Part shown: positions 1-12,857 of the stretch, in pieces | How the letters are laid out: each line of letters starts with the position of its first letter | Numbering within the stretch: position 1 is the first letter of the stretch | NCBI RefSeq assembly: GCF_035084215.1 | Contig: NC_090325.1 | Location: 162,440,001 to 162,504,000, forward strand | Direction of reading: 5' to 3' | Length of the DNA: 64,000 nt | DNA from: Heptranchias perlo | Lineage: Eukaryota | Made by a program: the position numbers and the translations under genes | The notes under the pieces: generated by a model | Told to the model about the DNA's origin: nothing | Database searches by the model: none | Seen by the model: only the letters and a program-made list of their open reading frames with translations

Positions 1-750
1 CTTGCTGATCAAAAATTTGTCTAACTCAGCCTTGAATGTATTTAATGACTCAGCCCCCACAGCTTCTTGCAGTAAAGAATTCCAAAGATTCACGACCCTC
101 TGGAAGAAGAAATTCCTCCTCATTTCCGTCTTAAACAGGCGGCCCCTTATTCTGAGACTATGTCCCCTAGTTTTAGATTCCCCCATGAGGGGTAACATCC
201 TCTCAGCATCTATCCTATCGAGTCCCCTCAGAATCTTGTATGTTTCAATAAGACCTCCTCTCATTCATGAGTATAGACCCAACCTGTTCAATCTTTCCTC
301 ATAAGACAACCCTTCCATACCCAGAATCAACCTAGTGAACCTTCTCTGAACTGCCTCCAACGCAAGTATGTCCTTCCTTAAATAAGGGCACCAGAACTGT
401 ACGCAGTACTCCAGGTGTGGTCTCACCAGCACCCTGTACAGTTGTAGCATGACTTCCCTGCTTTTATACTCCGTCCCCCTAGAAATAAAGGTCAATATTC
501 CATTTGTCTTCCGGATTACCTGCTGCACCTATATGTTGACTTTTTGTGTTTCATGTACGAGGACACACAGATCCCTCTATACTGCAGCATTTTGTAGTAT
601 TTCTCCATTCAAATAATATTTTGCTTTTTTATTTTTCCTCCCAAAGTGGATGACTTCACATTTTGCCACATTATATTCCATTTGCCAAATTTTTGCCCAT
701 TCGCTTAACCTGTCAATATCTCTTTGCAGACACTTTGTGTCCTCATCGCA
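1..750 (-). mobile_element. CR1 LINE fragment (ORF2 C-terminal region, decayed)
   Basis: Minus-strand ORFs 577-762 and 265-528 give CR1 motifs WQMEYNVAKCEVIHFG and LVRPHLEYCVQFWCP; runs off the window start. Confidence 0.9.
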
Positions 751-916
751 ACTTGGATTCAATTGGAGTCACTTAACGTGGTTTCCGGATTTGCCGTCGG
801 AAAGCTGCGTTGCGGGCGGACTGTGCACCCGCATCACAGGCTGTCAGCTGGTGGAGTTCTATTTAAAGGGGCAGTCCTCCAATGGCTGTTCCTGGAGCAA
901 AAACCCAAACAGCACA

Positions 917-2782
917 ATGCAGCAGCACAGGGGCAAGACTGCTCCAAGATTTAGCAATGCTACACTCCAGGTGCTACTGGATGGGGTGAGGAGGAGGAGG
1001 GATGTCTTCTAACCAGTGGACGGGAGGGAGTGGCCTGCCTCTGCCACCAAGAAGGCCTGGCTCGAGGTGGCAGAGGAGGTCACCAGCAGCAGCAACATCT
1101 CCCACATCTGGATCCAGTGCAGGAAACGCTTCAGTGACCTAACTAGGTCAGCCAAAGTGAGTACACTTACTCATTCTCCTACATTCCATCTTCCACATCA
1201 CCGCCCCCAGCCCCCAACCCATTCTGCACTGCCAACACTACTCTATCACATCACTCCCCACACTCATTTAAGGCTCATCCTCAACTTACCTGCACTTTCT
1301 CAGCACTTCCTCAACTTCCCATTAGTCACCCCACCACTACCACTCAACCCAACCCCCATACAATGTCATGGCTCTGTCTCATACTCACCCTCTGATGCAC
1401 CTCTTTCACTGTCAGCCGCACCCAAGACAATGCATTCATTGGTTGGCCACGTCACCATCACTCCCCTAATAGGAGAAGAGAGCTGAGAATGCACGGGAAA
1501 GGGTGAGGACCGGATGGGGGCCGCAACAAACCGTCGTCCTCACAGACGCCGAGCAGAAGGCGCTGGAGCTGAGCCCTACCCTCGAGTGCCTGTCTGTCGG
1601 GAACATCGAGACTGGCATCCGACAAACGTCTGGTGACAGAACTTTAACATTCAGCGCACACAATATAAATTGATGTTAATATGCCTTGCCATCTTCAGCA
1701 CCTCAGTATGCTCATCACAACATGATACATCTGTGATCATGCTTAATATTGCCTTCTGTTCTCTTACAGGGTCTTCAGCTGTGACGGCAGAGGGCGATTC
1801 CTCAGAGGACTGCCGGCCTCTGAGGGTGTACCGTCACATCTTAGTGAGACATCCACCAGCGCAGATACTCACACCTCAGTGGGTCCTAGTTGGGTTGGCA
1901 CCTGGTGAGTTACCACACACATGTGAGCACGAGCAGACACTAGTGGCAGGGGCAGCTGTGGAACGTCCGCATCGGTGGGAGCACTCTTCTCCAGGTTCTG
2001 CTCTGCTGGACATAGTTGCTGAACCCTGGGGGCTATCCATGAAAAGGAGAATGATCGAGGGGCAGCAGCACATTTGCGAGGTGCTGGAACAGGTGCCACG
2101 CGCACTCTCCACAATCTTGCAGAGGATGGAGGAGTCCAACTCCTGCATGAGTGGAATGGTGGCACAGGTACGGGAGGGAATCTCTGAGGTACTGTCACAG
2201 GGACATGAGGGCATCTCTGAGATACTGTCGTGGGTAAGTGCGGGAATGTCTGCGATGGAGAGAAGGCTAGCCTCCATTGAGCTTCAAGTACTGCTCACAA
2301 ATGAGTCCATTCAGGCCCTGACAACAGCCGTTCGGACTCACAGTGAACAACATTCTGCTGCCTTAAACAGGCAGGCAGATACTCTGGCACTGGCATTACA
2401 AGGCTTCACACATGTCCTCCAAACTGTTGTCCAGCACAGTGGTAGGTGTGATGTGGGCCTGGCCCAGGGGAGGGATGATGGCAAAAGGGGACATGAAAGT
2501 GGGGACGCCACTCAAAGCGCTCCCACGTCTCACCCGTTGCCCCCCTCTCAACCAGTACCCGCAGTGCTGCCTCCTGTCCAGGTGGCTGAGTCTGCCCCTG
2601 CACAGGTGCAGGTGGAGCAGTCTTTGGAGGGGTCCTCACAGGCACCAAAACCCAGATGGCGAGGCCCAAAGCATCTAATTGGTCAGGGCATGAAGAGAGA
2701 GCAACCTGCCATTACCTCTCCTGCAGCCACAGGGGATGCACCAGGTAGAAGTAATCGGAAGAGAAAGGCGAAGGTTTTGTAA
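917..2782 (+). pseudogene. Harbinger Myb/SANT-like DNA-binding protein gene, 3 exons (~917-1156, ~1473-1633, ~1770-2782), disrupted
   Basis: MQQHRGKTAPRFSNATLQVLLDGVRRRRDVF*PVDG...AWLEVAEEV...WIQCRKRFSDL; donor AAA|GTGAGT at 1157; acceptor at 1472 then EKRAENARER..TG; in-frame TAA at 1010 (TAC in copy 2); basic C-terminus RSNRKRKAKVL; TATTTAAA upstream at ~860. Confidence 0.8.
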
Positions 2783-3112
2783 TTACAAAGTTTATGCACA
2801 AGGGTGTTTGACGGTTGGTCATATTGGTCATGTTTTTCATTTATATTTGCTTTTTGTTAAACTCACATTAAATATTATGATTGTTACCACTACTGCCACG
2901 TCTTGGCCATTCTTTACTGGCTTTTGTAATAGGGCCCTTTCATGAGGTTCACCATGAATGCCGACACTTGATGCCACCTATTGGGTCACTGGACAGTGGG
3001 TTTATGTGTAGTTGCAGGACTGTTTTGTGCAGGGAAGGGTGGGAGGGGTTGCTAGTGCGGGCACTGCTCTATCCAGGTGGTGTGAGGACTGGACTCCTCA
3101 CACTGTCTGATG

Positions 3113-3997
3113 TTAGGAGAACCGTTCACATATCAGTGACTCCCTGGCCTCACGAGCAGCCAGGTGAGCCGCTGCTCTGCCCATGGGTAGCTCGTGCTCC
3201 TCCTCCTCCTGATCTTTCTTCTCCTCCGCTTCCTCCTCCTCATCCTCCTCAATGTGGGTGGCAGATGTGGATGGGGCCTCCTGAAGTGGCACCCCTCTCT
3301 GTTTTGCCATGTTGTGCAGGGCACCACACATGACTATAATGCATCCTACTCTGTCCGGTGCGTATTGAGGCGCTCCCCCAGATCGATCAAGGCACCTGAA
3401 GTGCATCTTGAGCAGCCCTAGAGCATGCTCAGTTGTAGACATGGTGGCAATGTAGCTGTCGTTATATCGACGTTGCTCGGTGATAGGGTTGCTCAGAGGT
3501 GTCATGAGCCACGTGTGCAGGGGGTACCCCTTGTCCCCATGGAGCCAGCCCTTAAGGATGTTTGGTGCGTGGAAGAGGGGCGGAATGTTGGATTCCTGGA
3601 GGATGAAGGAATCGTGGCAGCTGCCAGGGTATCTGGCGCACACATGAAAGAATCTTTTGCAGTGTTCACAAATGAGCGGAGTGTTGATGGAGTGATAGCC
3701 CTTCCTGTTGATAAACAGTCCTGGCTCGTGTGGAGGTACTTGGATTGCTAAATGGGTGCAATCGATTACACCCTGCATCCTTGGGAAGCCAGCCACATGC
3801 GTGGAATCCCACTGCCCTCTCCGTCTGGCTTGGTTGTCCATGGGGAAGTTGACGTAGTGCGAGGCCCTGCGAAACAAGCCGTCGGTGACCTGCCTTATGC
3901 ACTTGTGTGCAGACGACTGAGAGACCCCGGCGATGTCCCCGGTGGCACCCTGGGATGATCCGGAGACGAAGAGGTTGAGGGCAGTGGTGACTTTGAC
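3113..3997 (-). pseudogene. Harbinger (HARBI1-like, DDE_Tnp_4) transposase, 5' part lost
   Basis: Motifs GVIDCTH, NRKGYHSIN, PGSCHDSFIL, GDKGYP, EHALGLLKMHFRCLD and an acidic tail; frameshift near 3880; cut by a LINE at ~3998. Confidence 0.9.
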
Positions 3998-5150
3998 AGA
4001 TGGTACACAATGCAGCCACAGTGCGCCGGTGGTGAAGGGAGTGAATGTTTAGGGTGGTGGATGGGGTGCCAATCAAGCGGGCTGCTTTGTCTTGGATGGT
4101 GTCAAGCTTCTTGAGTGTTGTTGGAGCTGCACCCATCCAGGCAAGTGGAGAGTATTCCATCACATTCCTGATTTATGCCTTGTAGATGGTGGAAAGGCTT
4201 TGGGGAGTCAGGAGGTGAGTCACTTGCCACAGAATACCCAGCCTCTGGCCTGCTCTTGTAGCCACAGTATTTCTATGGCTGGTCCAGTTAAGTTTCTGGT
4301 CCATGGTGACCCTCAGGATGTTGATGGTGGGGGATTCGGCGATGGTAATGCCGTTGAATGTCAAGGGGAGGTCGTTAGACTCTCTCTTGTTGGAGATAGT
4401 CATTGCCTGGCATTTGTCTGGCGCAAATGTTACTTGCCACTTATGAGCCCAAGCCTGGATGTTGCCCAGGTCTTGCTGCATGTGGGCACGGACTGCTTCA
4501 TTATCTGAGGGGTTGAGAATGGAACTGAACACTGTGCTATCATCAGCGAACATCCCCATTTCTGACCTTATGATGGAGGGAAGGTCATTGATGAAGCAGC
4601 TGAAGATGGTTGGGCCTAGGACACTGCCCTGAGGAACTCCTGCAGCAATGTCCTGGGGCTGAGATGATTGGCCTCCAACAACCACTACCATCTTCCTTTG
4701 TGCTAGTTATGAATCCAGCCACTGGAGCGTTTTCCCCCTGATTCCCATTGACTTCAATTTTACTAGGGCTCCTTGGTGCCACACTCGGTCAAATGCTGCG
4801 TTGATGTCAAGGGCAGTTACTCTCACCTCACCTCTGGAATTCAGCTCTTTTGTCCATGTTTAGACCAAGGCTGTAATGAGGTCTGGAGCTGAGTGGTCCT
4901 GGCAGAACCCAAACTGAGCATCGGTAAGCAGGTTATTGGTGAGTAAGTGCCACTTGATAACACTGTCGACGACACCTTCCATCACTTTGCTGATGATTGA
5001 GAGTAGACTAATGGGGCGGTAATTGGCCAGATTGGTTTCGTCCTGCTTTTTGTGGACAGGACAGACCTGGGCAATTTTCCTCATTGTCGGGTAGATGCCA
5101 GTGTTGTAGCTGCACTGGAACAGCTTGGCTAGAGGCGCAGCTAGTTCTGG
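3998..5150 (-). mobile_element. CR1-group LINE family B (Zenon-like), RT fragment
   Basis: NYRPISLLSIISKVME, GVPQGSVLGPTIFSCFINDLP, MFADD, LDTIQDKAARLIG; near-identical to copies at 12.3, 20.4 and 54.2 kb. Clade assignment is by motif resemblance only. Confidence 0.85.
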
Positions 5151-5684
5151 ATATAAGATGTCCCTCCTTCTGTCCACCTCTTGCACCAAAGGTCTCTAGG
5201 GCATCAGCAGAGAACCTTGGTGCACACACTCTCGCAGGCCTGGTACCAACTCAAATCAGCAGATTGGTGAGGTCTGGTGTGCAGATTGGAGGATGTGGAT
5301 TTAGTAGTGCGCAACTTTTATTCAATGTTTTAACATAACTCATCAGTGTGTAAACATAGGGATGGGACCTGCATCTGTGTTTTACGTGTGTGATGTTTGA
5401 TCTGCGTTCAGACTCCATGCAGACAGTGGACTGTTATTTTCAGTAAATAACAGGTACCAGCTACCTTTAAGAGATTTCGAAGAAACATCCTCCCTTTACG
5501 AGATTGAGCTCCCTCTGGTGGTGGAAAGTGCAAATTGCAAGGTGCAAGGCCTGGAAAGGAAGGCTGATTGTGGGTAAGTGCTCTGGTGGGTCCAAACTTG
5601 CATCCTGCCTGCGCAGGGTCCGTCGGGTGCGGGGTGGTAGCGTTACCACTGCCCAAAACAGACCCTTATCGAATTTTTCCCCCA
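5150..5684 (-). mobile_element. Harbinger family B, left end with start of Myb/SANT exon
   Basis: Reverse complement matches ~43405-43940 (TIR-like GGGGGAAAAATT..., APRFSADALETLVQEVDRRRDILY). Confidence 0.8.
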
Positions 5685-6605
5685 ATGTGTCTTGAAAGCA
5701 TCTGCTTGTCATGCGGAGTGTATGGGTTGACGGAGAATTCAGAAGCAACAAGGAGGATTAGGTATAAAGAAACTCAACTAGGCATCTCCTCCACCAGTGG
5801 CCACAGCTGCCACTCTGCCCCTTCCCATCACTGCCAGTACTGTCTCCAATGGGGGAAAGGGTGTGTTGACGCACTGTTCCCAAACCAGTGGCAACCTGGT
5901 GTTCTGTGCCACCTTTCCTGCAAGAAAGAGAGAAATTTGTTAGTGAGAGTCTTGCGAGGTGATTGGGGAATGTGGCTGTCATAGAATCATAGAATCATTA
6001 CAGCTCGGAAGGAGGCCATTCGGCCCATCAAGCCTGTGCCGGCTCTTGTAAGAACAATCCAGTTAGTCCCATCCCCCCACTCTTTCCCCGTAGCCCTGCA
6101 AATTTTTTCTCTTCAAATATTTATCCAATTCCTTTTTGAAAGCCATGATTAAATCTGCTTCCACCACCCTTTCAGGCAGTGCATTCCAGATCATAATTAC
6201 TCGCTGTGTAAAAACGGTTTTCCTCATATCGCCTTTGGTTCTTTTGCCAATCACCTTAAATCTGTGGCCTCTGTTTCTCGACCCTTCCAACAATGGGAAC
6301 AGTTTCTCTTTATTTACTTTATCTAAACCCATTTTGATTTTGAACATTTCTATCAAATCTCCTCTCAATCTTCTCTGCTCTAAATAGAACAACCCCAGCT
6401 TCTCCAGTCTATCCACATAACTGAATTCCCTCATCCCTGGAAGCATTCTAGTAAATCTTTTCTGCACCCTCTCTAAGGCCTTCACATCCTTCCTAAAGTG
6501 CGGTGCCCAGAATTGGACACAATACTCCAACTGTGGCCGAACCAGGGTTTTATAAAGGTTCAACATAACTTCCTTGCTTTTGTACTCTATGCCTCCATTT
6601 ACTAG

Positions 6606-6831
6606 TTGTAAACAATTTTACAACACCAAGTTATAGTCCAGCAATTTTATTTTAAATTCACAAGCTTTCGGAGGCTTCCTCCTTCGTCAGGTGAACGATG
6701 TGAAAATCGTTCACCTGACGAAGGAGGAAGCCTCCGAAAGCTTGTGAATTTAAAATAAAATTGCTGGACTATAACTTGGTGTTGTAAAATTGTTTACAAT
6801 TGTCAACCCCAGTCCATCACCGGCATCTCCA
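6606..6831. mobile_element. Penelope-like element terminus inserted as a perfect inverted repeat
   Basis: Arms 6606-6699 and 6706-6799 are reverse complements (6-nt loop); 13-bp TSD CTCCATTTACTAG at 6593-6605 and 6832-6844. Confidence 0.85.
6710..6748 (+). ncRNA. Minimal type I hammerhead ribozyme motif (mirror copy on - strand at 6657-6695)
   Basis: TTCAC-CTGACGA-aGGAGG aag CCTCC-GAAA-GCTT-GTGAA: stem I, CUGANGA core, stem II, GAAA and a palindromic AAGCTT stem III, as described for Penelope-like elements. Confidence 0.75.
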
Positions 6832-6844
6832 CTCCATTTACTAG

Positions 6845-7248
6845 ACCATTTTTGTTTAAGAGGCATTTATAAATTCGCATCCATGAGGACGGCCTCAACC
6901 GGGATCTTGGGTTCATGTCACGCTACACGTAAGCAGGGAAAAAAAAAGTTATCTGTTTTTAATACAACTGGACATTCTCTCTCTCTCTCTGCCTTTCAGG
7001 TCTCTTTCTCTCTCTGGCTTTGTAACCTGACCCATTGTGTATTCAGAACTGTTTTCCGTGGCTAACCTGTCTGAACACCAACGACACCTTTGATTGGTGT
7101 GAGCGTGTCCGAGCCTAATATAAGATATGCGATTTGAGAACCTTTCACTCACTCACTCACCTGACGAAGGAGATAATCTCTGAAAGCTTGTGATTTTAAT
7201 ATAAAATTGTTGGACTATAACCTGGTGTTGTAAGATTCCTTACATTTA
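6845..7248 (+). mobile_element. Penelope-like element, 5'-truncated (ORF C-terminus, 3' region, hammerhead)
   Basis: HEDGLNRDLGFMSRYT* at ~6881-6931 resembles the end of a Penelope GIY-YIG ORF; hammerhead motif at 7157-7193; shares the TTGGACTATAACCTGGTGTTG end with the other copies; TSD TCCATTTA at 6833-6840 and 7249-7256. Confidence 0.75.
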
Positions 7249-10200
7249 TCCATTTATAAAGCCCAGGATCCCGTATGCTTTTTTAACCGCTTTCTCAACC
7301 CGTCCTGCCATCTTCAAAGATTTGTGCACATATACCCCCAGGTCTCTCTGTTCCTGCACCCCCTTTAGAATTATACCATTTAGTTTATATTGCCTCTCCT
7401 CATTCTTCCTACCAAAATGTATCACTTGGCACTTCTCTGCTTTAAATTTCATCTGCCATGTGTCCGCCTATTCCACCAGCCTGTCTATATCCTCTTGAAA
7501 TCTATTACTATCCTCCTCACTGTTTACTACACTTCCGAAAAACAACCGTTCACCATTACTCTCTCCTGTCACATAGCTAATTTTGCATCCATGCTGCCAC
7601 TACTCCTTTAATTCCATGGGCTTCAATTTTGCTGACAAGTCTATTATGTGGCACTTTATTAAAAGCCTTTTGAAAGTCCATATACACAACATCAACTCAT
7701 CAAAAAACTCAATCAAGTTAGTTAAACACGATTTGCCATTAACAAATCCGTGCTGGCTTTCCTTTATTAATCCACACTTGTCCAAGTGATTATTAATTTT
7801 GTTCCAGATTATCGTTTCCAAAAGCTTCCCCACCTCCGAGGTTAAACTGACTGGCCTGTCAAAGACAGATGCAAAGTATTAATTTAGTACCTCAGCCATG
7901 CCCCCTGCCTTCATGTGTAGATCTCCTTTTTGGTCCCTTATCGGCCCCACCCCTTCTCTTACTACCCGTTGACTATTTATATGACTATAGAAGACATTTG
8001 GATTCCCATTTATGTTGGCTGCCAGTATATTCCCATACTCTCTCTTTGCCCTTCTTCTTTTTTCACTTCTCTTCTGTACTTTCTATATTCAGCCTGGTCC
8101 TCATTTGTATTATCAACCTGACATCTGTCATACGTCCCCTTTTTCTGTTTCATCCTACTCTCCATCTCTTTCATAATCCAGGGACCTCTGGCTTTGCTTG
8201 CCCTACCTTTCCCTCTCGTGGGAATGTACCTACACTGTACCCAAACCATCTCCTCTTTAAAGGCCACCCATTGTTCGATTACAGTTTTGCCTGCCAATCT
8301 TAGATTCCAATTTACCCGGGCCAGATCCGTTCTCAACCCACTGAAATTGGCCCTCCTCCAATTAAATAATTTGGCTCTAGATTGCTCCTTGTCCTTTTCC
8401 ATAACTAATCTAAACCTTATGAAACTATGATCATTGTTCCCTAAATGTTCCCCCACTGACACTTGCTCCACTCGACCCACCTCATCCCCCAGAACCAGAT
8501 CCAGCAATGCCTCCTTCCTCGTTGGGCCGGAAACGTACTGGTCAAGAAAGTTCTCCTGAATATACTTCAGAAATTCCTCCCCCTCTTTGCCCTTTACACT
8601 ATTACTATCCAAGTCTATATTAGAATAGTTGAAGTCCCCCATTACCACTACTCTATAGTTCTTGCACATCTCTGTAATTTCCCTGCAAATTTTCTCCTCT
8701 ATATCCTTCCCACTAGTTGGTGGCCTGTAGAATACACCCAGTAGTGTAATGGCACCTCTATTGTTTCTTAACTCTAACCAAATAGATTCTGTCCTTGACC
8801 CTTGAAGGACATCCTCTCTATCCAGCACTGCAATATTCCCCTTAATCAATACTACCACCCCCCCACCCACCTTTTTTTCCTTCCCTATCTTTCCTGATCA
8901 CCTTGTATCCAGGAATAATTAGGACCCAATCCTGCCCTTTTTTAAGCCAGGTCTCCGTTATCGCCACTACATCATATTCACGGGTGGCTATTTGTGCCTG
9001 CAGCTCACCAACCTTATTTACCACACTTTCTGCATATACACACGTGCACTCTAAATCTTATACCTTCTCGTATTGTCACTCAGTCTGATCCCACCTAATA
9101 CTGTACTATTTCTTACTCTAGTGCTATCTGTTTTTCCCAATCCTTTGTGCACCTTGTTTCTGCCTTCTAATGCTACATCCTGGTGCCCAGCCCCCTGCCA
9201 AATTAGTTTAACCCCCCCCCCCCACATCACTAGTGAACCTCCCCACAACTACATTGATCCCAGCTCTGTTGAGGTGAAACCCATCCATCTTAAACAGGTC
9301 CCTCCTACCCCAGAACTGGTCCCAATGCCCCAAGAGTTTGAAGCTCTCCCTCCTGCATCACGTCTCTAGCCACGCATTAACCTGCCTTATCTTCCTATTT
9401 CTATACTCACTAGCGAGTGGCATTAACCACTACCTTTGATGTCCTGCTTTTTGGCTTCCTCCCTAGCTCCTGAAACTCTGGCCGCAGGACCTCATCCCTT
9501 TCCTTTCCTATATCGTTGGTACCAATATGGACCACAACTTCATAGCATCATAGAACCATAGAAAGTTACGACACAGAAGGAGGCCATTCGGCCCATCGTG
9601 TCCGTGCCGGCCGAAAAAGAACTATCCAGCTGAATCCCACTTTCCAGCATTTGGTCCGTAGCCCTTTAGGTTCCAGCACTTCAAGTGCACATCCAAGTAC
9701 TTTTTAAATGAGTTGAAGGTTTCTGCCTCTACCAACCTTTCAGGTAGTGAGTTCCAGACCCCCACCACCCTCTTGGTGAAAACATTTCTCGTCAGCTCCC
9801 CTCTAATCCTTCTACCAATTACTTTAAATCTATGCCCCCTGGTCACTGACCCCTCTGCTAAGGGAAATAGGTCCTCCCTATCCACTCTAAAGACCCATCG
9901 TAATTTTATATACCGCAATTAAATCTCCCCTAAGCCTATCCAATCTTTTCTCATAGCTAAAATTCTCCAGCCCTGGCAACATCGTCGTAAATTTCCTCTG
10001 TACTTTCTCTAGTGCAATCACATCTTTCCTGTAATGTGGTGACCAGAACTGTACGCAGTACTCTAGCTGTGGCCGAACCAATGTTTTATACAGTTCTAGC
10101 ATAACCTCCCTGCTCTTATATTCTATGCTTTGGCTAATAAAGGAAAGTACCCCAATGCCTTTTTAACCTCCTTATCTACTTGTCCTGCTACCTTCAGGGA

Positions 10201-10790
10201 TCTGTGGACATGCACTCCAAGGTCCCTTTGTTCCTCTACATCTCTCAGTATTCTCCTGTTTATTGTGTATTCCCTTGCCTTGTTTGCCCTCCCCAAATAC
10301 ATTACCTCACACTTCTCCGGATTGAATTCCATTTGCCTCTTTTCTGCCCACTTGACCAGTCCACAGATATCTTCCTGCAGTCTACAGCTTTCCTCCTCAC
10401 TATCAACCACACGGCCAATTTTTGTATGATCTGCAAATTTCTTGATCAAGCCCCCCCACATTCAAATCCAAATCATTAATATACACCACAAAAAGCAAGG
10501 GACCTAGTACTGAGCCTTGCGGAACACCACTGGAAACAGCCTTCCAGTCGCAACAACACCCATCAACCATTACCCTTTGCTTCCTGCCATTGAGCCAATT
10601 TTGGATCCAACTAGCCACTTTCCCTTGGATCCCATGGGTTTTTACTTTTTTGACCAGTCTGCCATGTGGGACCTTGTCAAAAGCCTTGCTAAAGTCCATG
10701 TACACTACATCAAACACATTACTCTCATCGACCCTCCTTGTTACCTGCTCAAAACATTCAATCAAGTTAGTCAGACACGACCTTCCCTTA

Positions 10791-11734
10791 CATAAGAACA
10801 TAAGAAATAGGAGCAGGAGTAGGCCAATCGGCCCCTCGAGCCTGCTCCGCCATTCAATAAGATCATGGCTGATCTGGTCCTAACCTCAAATCTAAAATCA
10901 TGTCCAATTTCCTGCCCGCTCCCCGTAACCCCTAATTCCCTTTACTTCTAGGAAACTGTCTATTTCTGTTTTAAATTTATTTAATGATGTAGCTTCCACA
11001 GCTTCCTGGGGCAGCAAATTCCACAGACCTACCACCCTCTGAGTGAAGAAGTTTCTCCTCATCTCAGTTTTGAAAGAGCAGCCCCTTATTCTAAGATTAT
11101 GCCCCCTCGTTCTAGTTTCACCCATCCTTGGGAACATCCTTACCGCATCCACCCGATCAAGCCCCTTCACAATCTTATATGTTTCAATAAGATCGCCTCT
11201 CATTCTTCTGAACTCCAATGAGTAGAGTCCTAATCTACTCAACCTCTCCTCATATGTCCGCCCCCTCATCCCCGGGATTAACCGAGTGAACCTTCTTTGT
11301 ACTGCCTCGAGAGCAAGTATGTCTTTTCTTAAGTATGGACACCAAAACTGTATGCAGTATTCCAGGTGCGGTCTCACTAATAACTTATATAACTGCAGCA
11401 ATACCTCCCTGTATTTATATTCTATCCCCCTAGCAATAAAAGCCAACATTCCGTTGGCCTTCTTGATCACCTGCTGCACCTGCATACTAACCTTTTGATT
11501 TTCTTGCACTAGGACCCCCAGATCCCTTTGTACTGCAGTACTTTCCAGTTTCTCGCCATTGAGATAATAACTTGCTCTCCGATTTTTCCTGCCAAAGTGC
11601 ATAACCTCACATTTTCCAATATTGTATTGCATCTGCCAAATCTCCGCCCACTCACCCAGCCTGTCTATATCCCCTTGTAGGTTTTTTATGTCCTCCTCAC
11701 TCTCTACTTTCCCTCCCATCTTTGTATCATCAAA
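10791..11734 (-). mobile_element. Young 5'-truncated CR1 (same subfamily as 26383-29667)
   Basis: Uninterrupted 273-aa ORF almost identical to the C-terminus of the 27646-29463 ORF; (TTCTTATG)n tail; TSD TCCCTTA at 10784-10790 and 11735-11741. Confidence 0.92.
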
Positions 11735-12279
11735 TCCCTTAACAAATCTATGCTGACTGTCCTTGATTAACTCGTGCCTTTCTAAATGACAATTTATGCT
11801 GTCCCTCAGAATTGATTACAATAATTTGCCCACCACCGAGGTTAGACTGATTGGCCTATAATTACTCGGTCTATCTCTTTCTCCCTTTTTAAACAATGGT
11901 ACAACGTTAGCAGTCCTCCAATCCTCCAACACCATGCCTATAGCTAGGGAGGGTTGGAAAATGATGGTCAGAGCCTCTGCTTTTTCCTCCCTTGCTTCTC
12001 TTAACAGCCTGGGATACATTTCATCTGGGCCTGGTGATTTATCTACTTTCAAAGATGCTAAACCCTTTAATACTTCCTCTCTCACTATGTTTATCCCATC
12101 CAATAGTTCACACTCCTCTTCCTTAACTACAATGTCTGCAACGCCCCCCTCCTTTGTGAAGTCAGACGCAAAGTATTCATTTAGAACTGTACCCTCATCT
12201 TCTGCCTCCACACATAGGTTACCTCTTTGATTTCTAATGGGCCCTACTCTTTCCTTAGTTATTCTTTATTTATTTTTTT

Positions 12280-12820
12280 ACTATTCGTTAATGGGATGAG
12301 GGCATCGCTGGCAAGGCCGGCATTTATTGCCCATTCCTAATTGCCCTTGAGAAGGTGGTGGTGAGCTGCCTTCTTGAACCGCTGCAGTCTGTGTGGTGAA
12401 GGTTCTCCCACAGTGCTGTTAGGAAGGGAGTTCCAGGATTTTGACCCAGCGACAATGAAGGAACGGCGATATATTTCCAAGTCAGGATGGTGTGAGACTT
12501 GGAGGGGAACGTGCAGGTGGTGTTGTTCCCATGTACCTGCTGCTCTTGTCCTTCTAGGTGGTAGAGGTCACGGGTTTGGGAGGTGCTGTCGAAGAAGCCT
12601 TGGCGAGTTGCTGCAGTGCATCCTGTGGATGGTACACACTGCAGCCACAGTGCGCTGGTGGTGAAGGGAGTGAATATTTAGGGTGGTGGATGGGGTGCCA
12701 ATCAAGCGGGCTGCTTTGTCCTGGATGGTGTTGAGCTTCTTGAGTGTTGTTGGAGCTGCACTCATCCAGGCAAGTGGAGAGTATTCCATCACACTCCTGA
12801 CTTGTGCCTTGTAGATGGTG
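12280..12820 (-). mobile_element. CR1-group LINE family B, 3' end
   Basis: MEYSPLAWMSAAPTTLKKLNTIQDKAARLIG and 3' UTR matching 20770-21280. Confidence 0.85.
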
Positions 12821-12857
12821 TTTAATTATGTATTTATAAAACAATTATAAAACATAG

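Larger units (their letters stand above)
760..3997 (+). mobile_element. Harbinger/PIF DNA transposon, family A copy 1 (convergent Myb/SANT gene and transposase; both ends truncated)
   Basis: Myb/SANT-like gene on + and DDE transposase on - facing each other, the canonical Harbinger layout; homologous to the copy at 48513-56775. Confidence 0.85.
5981..9540 (-). mobile_element. CR1 LINE, long decayed copy (ORF1 remnant, endonuclease, RT, 3' tail), interrupted by Penelope insertions
   Basis: Tail ATAGAATC repeats at 5981-5998; ORFs 6063-6566, 7246-7452, 8010-8870 (FYRPP, GDFN) and 8842-9024 (ITETW); VVVHIGTND esterase remnant near 9510-9540. Confidence 0.9.

Noticed and set aside
3113-3877. Host HARBI1 gene
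   Set aside because: Frameshifted, 5'-truncated and paired with a transposon Myb gene, so a transposon relic and not the domesticated gene
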